DNA of 64,000 bases from Octopus bimaculoides (lineage: Eukaryota): NCBI RefSeq assembly GCF_001194135.2, contig NC_068997.1, forward strand, positions 41,877,016 through 41,941,015, written 5' to 3'. Made by a program: the position numbers and the translations under genes. Position 1 is the stretch's first letter. Each line of letters starts with the position of its first letter. Below are positions 54,087 through 64,000 of the stretch, in pieces. The notes beneath the pieces are model-generated. The model ran no database searches, was not told where the DNA came from, and saw only the letters and a list, made by a program, of their open reading frames with translations.

Positions 54087-55064
54087 TTAAATACCCATAC
54101 AGAGCCCTTTAAAACCAAATATTTGCTTCTATTCATCTTAGTCACCTCAGCATTCCCCGTCTACCCATACTATAACACAAAAGTAGCAGAAACCAAGGAT
54201 CAACATCATGACTAATGTTCTTTGCCGTGATCCTCATACTGCATTGTCGTGTGTACTGAGGGATAAATTTATGGGCAGGAGTGTGACAATAGCTCACCCC
54301 ACATTCATGCCCCAACCCCGGTTTCAAAAACTAGACATACAGTCCAATAACTGCTACTCCCAACTAACAGAGAACATGTCACTTGATGCACTGACCAGGG
54401 TTCATAAGGTAAACTATGCATTTTTGGAGATACATAGGCATGTGACCTTACTCCTAGCTTGTTCTTGAATAAAAATGTCTGGTGCGGAAGTGTTTGCCTT
54501 GGTTAAAAATCTCTGCCACTGATTTCTTCCCTGTTAGATCATGCATATTTTAGATCTAATTAATTGTAAGTAGTGTTAGCAAAGAAATTACAAGTACCAT
54601 CTGCATTGCTCAAACAATCACCCATTAAATTAGGTTTGTTTTCTTTATTTAGCAAAATATGTGTACATGTGTGCAGTATTGTTTGTTGCTAACAGATTAT
54701 TTCAAGTAGTTCAAACTGACATTTTTAAACATTAAAATATTTTATTTTCATGTACAATGCATGAATCTTGTTGGGAAAGAGAAAATGGTTGTTGTTTTTT
54801 TAGTTTTTATTTTGCCTTTTTTTTTGTTTTCTTTGTTTATGTTGTCATGTTCACTTTTTTTTAAAATCATCTTAAGTGAGAAACAAAAACAGAAAAATAA
54901 AATTATGCCCCAAAATGACAGATTCTATGCCCCACTCAAGCTTGAGAGTAGATGTCCAATGCAATGTCAGAGATTCTGTGTTTGAAATTATTCCAAAAGG
55001 AATATTTTTGTCTTTGGTTGTACTTGATAAAAGAGGCTGAAAATTGCAGGATCAGAATCATTAA

Positions 55065-55250
55065 CCCTTTAGCATTCAGATTACTCTGTCAAATGTAATG
55101 CTCATTTATTCAGTGTTTTGATTTCAAGAATGTGATTGCGTATTCTTAGATGATATTGTAGGGTAGGTGCAAGAGGCCAGATGTGACCAGTTTGGACATA
55201 AAACAAATAGGATATTTGGGCCGGATATGGCCAGTTTAAATGCTAAAGGA
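55065..55250. mobile_element. MITE family M1
   Basis: TTAA-ccctttagcattcaga ... aatgctaaagga-TTAA. Confidence 0.85.
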
Positions 55251-55389
55251 TTAAAGCATCAGAAGGCCTTCAGATATTTAGTCTGTATCCCAGTGCTCGT
55301 GAGTTCAAATCACATTAAGATCAACTCTACCTTTCATCTTTCTGGGGTTGATTAAGTTCCACTCAAGTACTAGGATCAGTTCTAGTGGA

Positions 55390-55720
55390 TACATGTGGCT
55401 TAGTAGTTAGGGCATTCAGCTCACGATCATAAGGTTATGAGTTCAATACCTAGCAGCATGTTGTGTCCCTGAGCAAAACACTTTATTTCACATTGCTCCA
55501 GTCCACTCAGCTGGCAAAAATGAGTAGTACCTGTAATTCAAAGGGCCAGTCTAGTCACATTGTATCTCCCTGGGAACTACATTAAGGGTACACGTGTCTG
55601 TGGAATACTCTGCCACTTGCACATTCATTTCACAAGCAGGCTGTTCCATTGGTCAGATCAACTGGACTCCTTGTTGTCACAACTGACGGATTGCCAGTTT
55701 AGGATCAATTCTTCCCTCCC
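55390..55720 (+). mobile_element. Additional tRNA-derived SINE (CORE-like)
   Basis: gtggcttagtagttaggg...gagttcaatacc head, then tccctgagcaaaacactttatttcacattgctccag. A related reverse copy lies at about 61100-61360. Confidence 0.6.
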
Positions 55721-55849
55721 CAATGTGTCATTGTATTACACTAATCTGGCCTGAGAATTGTGTAAAGGTACACTTATCAGGGATATTTAACCATTAATGT
55801 TAATTTCACAAGTAGCAATGCAGCCAGTCAAACAACTAAATGACATCAG

Positions 55850-57000
55850 CCAGATAAATGGCTGATGCAAAAATAAAAAAAAATCTATGTAGCTTTGTAA
55901 CAAATCCATCATAACAAACACTAAAAATAATTTTTTCTACTATCAGTACAAGGCTGGAAATCATGTGGGGGAGAACCAAGCCAGTTACATCAACCTCAGT
56001 GCGCAACAGTAAAAATTTTGTTAAATTACCCAAAATAATTATGTGTGTGTGTGGAAGCGCACATAGAGATACATGTCTAAAAAATATAGCTAAAAACAAA
56101 AACAAGAAATAATATAGGTATCCAGCCACACAAGGATGAAAACCACTATATAGATTAGGCCACAGAACCTCATGAGTATCTAACTGCCACTCCTCCACTC
56201 CTTGTATTGGACCCAGTGCAACCAAAGGCATTGGTAAGCCTTTTCTAAGTTGAACAGAGCAAATAGCATCCAATGTTCTCTGGGAAACGCTTCTTTCATA
56301 GCATGGTAGATCATCGATATGGCCTTCACCAATATTCTATTGTCTGAGTCTTTCCTCCTCTTCCTCAATCAGCACAACATTCTCATAATTAATCGCCATC
56401 AGAAAACCGTTGGTTATTTGCAGCACTATGAATTTCATGTTGTCCTGGTTAAGAAAGTTCTCTTTATTGGTTTAACACACATTTTATTTGATCTTGTATT
56501 TTCCCACCGACTATCTCCAACTCTTTGTCACTCCTGTCTATGATCTATCTCCTCCCCATTGTTTAATGACAACAAGCTAGTACTTCAAGCAGGGAGGTCC
56601 TCAGATTACTACTTGTCGGTTTCTGGGACAGAAAATGAGACGAGTTTTACAGCATTTCTTGAAGCTGCAACTGGTGATGTTCAGGAACCAACAGTTTCTA
56701 TAACCTGCTGTTGTTTTGTTGCTGCCTTTGTCTTTCTCTCTTCCAGTTTCTCAGGTTGTTCTATGCAGAAAGTCCTCAAATGGCCCTTACTGCCACACAA
56801 GTAACAGCTAGATCTACTGCCTTGCACCACAAGTCTCATGGACTTTCCTTTCTGTATTTTTGATGTCCAAAAGCATTTTCTGCATTGGATGGCCTCGGTA
56901 CAGATCTGTAATCTTTAGAAATCATAAGAACCTACATAACTATGCTGACCCCATGTAACCATATGTCATTCCTGGTTACTGCAACTCTAACCACCTTAAC
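55850..57000 (-). pseudogene. Decayed I-clade/Jockey-like LINE: ORF1 zinc knuckles plus an RT fragment
   Basis: Exact CX2CX4HX4C knuckle CYLCGSKGHLRTFC at 56765-56806, preceded by IQCRKC..GH. RT motif KEAFPREHWMLFALFNLEKAY in ORF 56180-56368. Confidence 0.6.
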
Positions 57001-57949
57001 AGTACCACAACAGTGACAAGCCAAGAACCAACATCATTGTTAACATTATTCACTGTCACTCTCTTATTACATCATTCCATAGATTGTGGCATCAGTCTAT
57101 CGGCAGGTGCATGATACACCAGCTCAGCTTAAAACTTCACCCCGTCCTCAGTTTTAAAATCTAGAGATATAGTTTTGTAAGTCCTGCCCTAATTGACAGA
57201 AAAGACAGCTCCACACATCAGCCAGAATTACCACCAATTTCCCTGAAGACATAAGGAAACAGCATCACCAGTGGCAACATAGGAGTATGTGACCTTCCTC
57301 CTGACTTAGGATAAGAACCCTTAGACTTAGTGATACACCCACCACTTACGGTCACATAAACTCTGCTGGGTGATTCATGTCCAGCATTTGTCTGTTAATG
57401 GCAGCATTAATGAATGAAAAATTGGTATTGTCATTTAGATCACTCATCCTGGATTTTTCAAACTTTATCTGGGCAAACAATGTGTGTGTGTGCACGCATG
57501 TGCACCTGTGTACACACTGTTGTCGTTAGTTTAATCACTAGAATTGTTCGAACTAATGTTATCTGTTAAACAGTCATTTTTTTACCATGTTGTATACATA
57601 TGTACTGCTGTGTAATTAATACTTTTTTTTTTTGTTTTGTTTCCTGTGCTGTTGCACATAAAAATGAAAAAGGAACGGCAATGAATGCATCGTTTTTCTG
57701 GCAAGAAGCCATCTTAAGTTAAATGTAAACAAAATAAAATTATATCCAAAAATGTCCAAAAGTAACAGACCTTATGTCTTCCCCGGTATGGGGAGACATC
57801 CAAAGTGCTCCCGAAGGATTCCCTGAAGATAACTATTAGGAGAGAAATGGCTTTTCTTCTTTGACTGTGCTTGGTAACAAAAATGCAAATGGGTGAAAGC
57901 AATAACAATGATGACAGCTTCTTTAATAATAACATTTTTCTATTTTACA

Positions 57950-59450
57950 TAGACATAAGGTCTGAAATTTCAGGGGGCAATGGTTAGTTAATTAAATGGA
58001 CCTTGGTATTTGACTGGTACTTTATTTACCAACCCCAGAAAGGATGATAGGCAAAGGTCGAACTTGGTGGCATTTGAACTCAGAATGTAAAGACAGATGA
58101 AATGCCATTGAGCATTTTGCCCAGCATGCTAACAATTTTGCCAGCTTGTTGTCATAATAATTATGATAATAATGGTTTCAAATTTTGGCACAAAGCCAGC
58201 AATTTGGGGGAGAGGGTTAAGTCACCCCAGTGCTCAACTGGTACTTATTTTATCAATCCCAAAAGGATGAAAAGCAAAGTCAACCCTGACATTTGAGCTC
58301 AGAACACAAAGACAGATGAAATGCCGCTAAGCATTTTGCCCATTCTAACAGTTCTGCCAGAATAAAAATGGTTTCAAATTTTGGCAAAAGGCCAGCAGTT
58401 TTGGGGGAAAGGGTTAAGTCAATTACATTGACCCCCAGTGCTCAACTAGTACTTATTTTATTTACCCCTAAAGGATAAAAGGTGAAGTCAACCCTGGCAG
58501 TAGAACGTAAAGTCAGAAGAAAATGCTGCTATGTATTTTGTCCAACGGAGTAATGATTCTGCCAGTTCACCACCTTATTAATGATAATGATGATGGTGGT
58601 GGTGGGTGATGATTTCATTTCTAAATACTGATGTTTTTATACTAATAACTGTTTCTAATTCAGGCACAAGGCCAGCAATTTGAGTTTGGTGCAGGTTTAG
58701 TCAATTACGTTAACTCCAGTTCTTGACTAATAATTTTATTGTCTCTGCTTTTCATCCTTTGAGGATAAAAGCTAAAGCTGACCTCAGCAAGATTTGAACT
58801 CAAAATGTAGAGCTGGAAGAAATACCACAAGTCTTTTTTTTAACTTACATTCTAACTATTCTACTCATCAGCCTTAATGTCGCTAAATTAGGCAAGAGGC
58901 CAGCAATTTTGAGACAAGGAGGTTACAGAATTACATAAAACCCAAGACCATGAAAAGATGAAAACTGAAGTTGACATCAGTGGGATATGAACTCAGAATG
59001 TAAAGAGGCTTTCCACGAGGCATTTCGTCTGACACTTTTAATGATTTTAATGACCCATTGACCTATATGTCAATTCACCTAATAATAATGGGTTTGAATT
59101 TAGGCACAAGGCTGAGAATTTTGAGGGAACAGGGTTTGTCAATATCAATGACTCCAGTGTTTGACTAGTACTTGCATTTTATTGACCCCAAAAGATGAAA
59201 GGTAAGGTTGACCACAATGAGATTTAACCCTTCAGTATTTAATCCAGTCATACCCAGTCAAAATATTTTACCTGCTGTATGTTAAAACTGACCAGATCCA
59301 ACCACTCACACGAACCCTACAATGTCATTCTATAAATATACAAACACACCATTAAAATCTTGAAAATGCATGATTAATTCAAAACAACGTGAATAAATAA
59401 TCCTTCCCCTGAATGCTAAAGGGTTAAACTCAGAATGTAAAAGCCTTCTA
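57950..59450 (-). repeat. Head-to-tail array of about six family B SINE units (~200-280 bp period)
   Basis: Unit starts near 57952, 58187, 58381, 58662, 58890 and 59101. Central gcctttcatcc...aagtaccag resembles, from memory, the MetaSINE domain. Confidence 0.85.
59228..59423. mobile_element. MITE family M1 inserted into a SINE unit with TTAA duplication
   Basis: SINE motif gattt(g/a)aactcag is split as gat-TTAA-[MITE]-TTAA-actcag. Confidence 0.9.
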
Positions 59451-60576
59451 AGATCAAATATGTACAAGTTTGTGAGGCTGCTCCTATGCCTGGCACGAGG
59501 TATCCTTTTCATTGCTAATTATCTGATGGACTATATGTTTCTGCCTTCTTTATTACCAAAGATTTTGGCTCTAAAGAAAAATTCTTAGCTCAAATCATGC
59601 TATAATCTTAGATCTTTCACTTGATTCATTTATAGACTGCAGCCAAGCTGGAGCACCGCCTTCTTGAAGAATTTTTAGTCAAATGGATCAATGCCAGTTC
59701 TTTTTTTTTCTTTAAAAAAAGCCTGGTACTTATTCTATCAGTCTCTTTTGCTAAATCACTAAGCTATAGAGAAATAAACACAACACAGATTGTATGCAGT
59801 GATGGACGAACAGACACACACACACATATACAACAGGCTTCTTTCAGTTACCATCTACCAAATACACTCGCAAGACTTTAGTCGGCCCAAGGCTATAGTA
59901 AAAGACACTTGTCCAAGATGCTATGCAGTGGGACTGAATCCAGAACCATGTAGTTGGAAAGCAAGCTTCTTACCACACAGATATTCCTTCACCAATTCAA
60001 ATTTTCAAATCTAATAGTGCCTACGATGTTCACTAGACCCACTTTTCCAAAATAACATTCTCTAAATTTTTATCACTTTAGAAATCCTTTGTTATTTCCT
60101 TCACTAAAACAAAAAAAAGAAGAAAAACATAATAGACAATATAAGCCTTTTGAATATTTGCTAGCAAATACTCAGAACAGAATTATGTCAAAATGGAGAA
60201 ATATAATTCCACCGAAATTCAATATGAATGAAATGACAGGTAAAAGTAAAATTATAAACCAAAATTAGGCCATGTTGAGGAATCAGAAGCATTTAAGAAT
60301 GGTCTCAATAGACAAGACATGTGTTGAGGGAATACCTGGTAAGGAGAAAAGATTATAAACCTTATAACAACATCAAAACATCAACATTACTCACTGAAAG
60401 AAACTATATCCATGACACCACACCCATATTATTCTAATATTCTATATTACTCTGATGGGCTTTACTATTGGTGATGACCTATTATGTATGCTAGAAATCC
60501 AAAGATTGATACAATAGTCTCAGATCCCTCTCAACTTGCTGAAAACTGTAAACTATCTTCATCCAAACCTACTCAC

Positions 60577-60726
60577 CTCATCTCATTTTCCACCATTCCT
60601 ACGTCTATTCCCTTAGATACGTGTTCCCCAATGATCTCCAGCACACACCAAATGAGGTGTTGAGCACACATGATGTGTATGAAGAGCTGGGGTGAAGCGG
60701 TGCCAAGCAATTCAAGTAAAAGGAGC
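60577..60726 (-). CDS. Candidate 150-nt phase 2-2 exon: xLLLLELLGTASPQLFIHIMCAQHLIWCVLEIIGEHVSKGIDVGMVENEM
   Basis: Acceptor cttcttcctcttctgtag, donor ag|gtgagt, open frame. The plus strand also looks like a decayed ORF, so the call is uncertain. Confidence 0.3.
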
Positions 60727-63119
60727 CTACAGAAGAGGAAGAAGAGGTAGAGGACTGATCTCAAGATGCTGAACTTCACAAAGATCATAGTAAGAAGCAA
60801 GAAGCTGTGCCCACATGGAAAATGGATGTAAATTAATTACATCTGTACCAAATGTAAACAATATGACGAAAGTGAATTATCCAGACACTACGAAAGTAAC
60901 TGGGTTTAAGCAAGTCATAAATATCTAAACACAGAAAACCAAGACAACAGAATAGTGGATGACCAACTGAGGGGTCAGGGATTTCTGTATTGTTCCTGGC
61001 AATGATATAGCCATAGTTAAAACATTTAATTCTGAAATAATCCAGTCTGCCTTGCTGTAAATAAACTAAAACCTCTCAACGTTGTGAGCTATGACAGCAC
61101 AGTAAAATTAATCATGCGATCATTTGACTGACCAGACTATCAGATGTTGTTACACACTGCTGGTCACAATGCGCTTTTGCATACCGCCACCCTGCTGACT
61201 TGGCAAGCAGGTCAACATTTCCCCCTAATGGGGAGGGGAACTGGAGCAACATGAAATGAAGTGTTTTGCTCAAGAACACCATGTGCCACCCAGTCTAGGA
61301 ATCAAATCCACAATCTAGCAATCATGAGTGCAACAGCCTTACCATTAGGCCATGCACCTTCATGTAAAATTGATAAGCTGTGACACTATAACAGAATGCC
61401 ATCACACTTTGATTTTTTTTCACCTCTATAGTGTCATTGATGGTATTTCTAAACCTTTTCCCCCAAAATGCTTTTATTGGATTGCCTCAAAGTCGTTCAC
61501 TGACATCAGTAATATTTCTGCTCACTGAGTCTCACAGAGGTGATGATTAGTGACAGAGACTTCTGGTAATTTGCTGTGCTTGAGAAGACATCAAGCTAAG
61601 TTAAACCGTAGTCGTGGCCAGTTTCAGTGAAACATGACAGGCAGCTGTGGCAGTGAAATGTAAAGCACACCTGTGCTGGTAACCTGTAAAAAGCACCTGC
61701 GCCACAGACACATAAAAGACACCCAGTACACTCTATGGAGTGGTTGGCATTAGGAAAGGCATCCAGCCGTAGAAACCAAGTTAAAACAGACTTGAACCAG
61801 GTGCAACTCCCTGGCCTACAAGCTCCACTCAAACCATCTAACCCATGCCAGCATGGAAAACAAATGATGATGATGATGCATTAATGTTTACTGTAGTGGG
61901 CAATTAACCTGCCATCCTCCCAGCTGTTTACCCAAACATATGTAGATTCAGTCCTCACAGAAACTCAATTACTGCAATCATTAAGAAAGCAAGAAGACAC
62001 TACCATCTAATGCACACTAACTAGCTAGCTTTCTCCTTTTAACAGTGGTTACCAATTTTTAAAAACTGTCCTACTTTTTCATTCACAAACACACAAAAGT
62101 TGTCGGTTGTATTTGCACAGCGACAGCCAGCATAACATGCCTCTTGCTTTGAATAACTCTGAAGCCACAACAATCCTACTTATGCATGCATATGGTATTA
62201 GTAGTACCAAAATGACTGGTTTACACCACATTCCAAACGTCACCTTCAAATATAAGAACCCAAAATAAGTTCACATTTTCACCATGAAATAAGCGCACTT
62301 TATACAAATGAATATATTTGTGTTACAACATACTCCCAACTGAAGTAAGCTCTCTTATTTAACCAATTACTAACCAATTTGACCAAATCTCAAAGTGACT
62401 AAGACAATTATAATAAACTACACCCTGAACTAATTACTCACCTGAATTAACAGCTACTTTGTTGCCCATTATATTGCAGTATGTGCAGATTAAACCTTAT
62501 GGACAACATTTCCCTTTTCTATCTCAATAACCTCCAGTCTAATAATCACCAAATCATTCATAACAAATGAATGAAAAAGAGCCTCTACAGGGTTGCTTGA
62601 CTTCTTAGAAACAGTAGTCAAATCTCTCTAAAATTATAAACTTACCACTTTGAAAAAGGAAGAACAAGTGTGGCTGTGTGATAAGAAGTTTGCTTCTCAA
62701 CCACATAGTTTCAAATTTAATTTCACTGCATGGCACCTTGGACATGTCTTCTACTATATAAGCCCCAAGCCAATCAAAGGCTTGTGCATGGATTTGGTAC
62801 ACAGAAACTGAAAGAAGCCTGTCGTGTGTGTGTGTTATTATAACTTTGCCTTCATATTGTGTGATAGCTGTAAAGCAAGTGTCACTGTCATACAAACATG
62901 GAAAAATGGATGTTAAAATGATGATAGGTAGACGTTGATACACAAATCCAAAAGAAAGATGGGAGGTTCATATATGGAGCCCTGTTGATCAACAAGAGCT
63001 GACCTGTGGTTAAACAACAACTGTTATACTGATAAGACTGCTCTCCATTCCTTTCCTCCCCAATTGCAAGTAACAACAATGGTAACTAAACAGGTCTTAA
63101 CCAGTGTAGACATTAATAA

Positions 63120-63598
63120 GGATCTCTCCAAGTGAAATCGAAATAGAGTTAAATTTGACGTCTGGCACCCATGCCAACGTCGTCTCCCTCATTGGACACA
63201 AAACTCAGCTTGCGAAGATTTATTGGGGCAAGCGAAAGCGAAATTGTGATGGCACCTGTGCCCAGCGACACCTTTCTGGCACTTGTGCCCGCGGCATGTG
63301 TAAGGACTTTCGAGGGAGATCATTGCCAGTGCCCCTGGACTGGCTCTTGTGCGGGTGGCACATAAAAGACACCATTTTGAGCGTGGCCGTTGCCAGTACC
63401 GCCTGACTGGTGGCACGTTAAAAGCACCCACTACACTCTCTGAGTGGTTGGCATTAGGAAGGGCATCCAGCTGTAGAAACTCTGCCAAATCAGATTGGAG
63501 CCTGATGTAGCCATCTGGTTTCACCAGTCCTCAGTCAAATCGTCCAACCCATGCTAGCATGGAAAGCGGACGTTAAACGACGATGATGATGATGATGA
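63120..63598 (+). mobile_element. Long, young family C non-autonomous element
   Basis: CpG-rich, with gtggcac-aaaag-cacc subrepeats, an RTE-type 3' end and a (GAT)n tail. A related decayed copy lies at 61610-61880. Confidence 0.85.
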
Positions 63599-64000
63599 AC
63601 CAACAATTTCTGTGAAGCACAAAATAAACTCAAGTTCTCCAATGTAGCAAAAGCTACAGGAGATATCAAAGTATTTCTCATAGCTCAAAATTACATTAAT
63701 TAAACATTTTTGACAACGCAATATGATACTTCAATTATTAAAATATTACAAAAATAATAGATCACCACCAAGAGTAAGCTATCATTGTTTCTCACAGGGT
63801 GCGGTGGGGTAGGTACTATCAGCACTGAAAGTGGGCAGACAAGTCACATGATTAATTAAAATTGGGTTGTTTTAAACTTTTTAAACTTGCCCCATATCAT
63901 ACTGATGAAAGAATTATGTACATGCAAACTCTATTTTGGTTTGTAATAAAGAGGTGAAGATGGTCCCAAAAAATGTCACTATCTTCTTTTTTGTAAGGGG

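Noticed and set aside
57950-59450. CRISPR-like or satellite array
   Set aside because: Units are 200-280 bp diverged SINE copies that also occur dispersed; there is no short repeat-spacer structure.

Overview
This is AT-rich, repeat-dense eukaryotic DNA with many N gaps next to microsatellites. The SINE and MITE complement looks like Octopus (cephalopod) sequence; this is an inference from remembered repeat families. There is no prokaryote-like gene content, no CRISPR array and no intact long ORF, and the long ORFs in the track are gap or microsatellite artefacts. The window reads as mostly intron of a large minus-strand gene, with one well-supported 180-nt coding exon (2342-2521), several weaker exon candidates and a possible 9-nt microexon (12301-12309). 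The rest is layered transposon debris: at least three SINE-like families; decayed RTE, I-clade and R4/Dong-like LINEs; a Penelope-like GIY-YIG fragment; an internally deleted piggyBac with related TTAA-flanked MITEs; hAT-type MITEs; and a foldback element. The most unusual object is at 10435-10840: a tRNA-headed element with a hammerhead-ribozyme-like core (CTGATGA/stem/GAAAC-GT), fused head-to-head with an inverted, internally deleted copy of itself. Repeat boundaries are approximate, read by eye.
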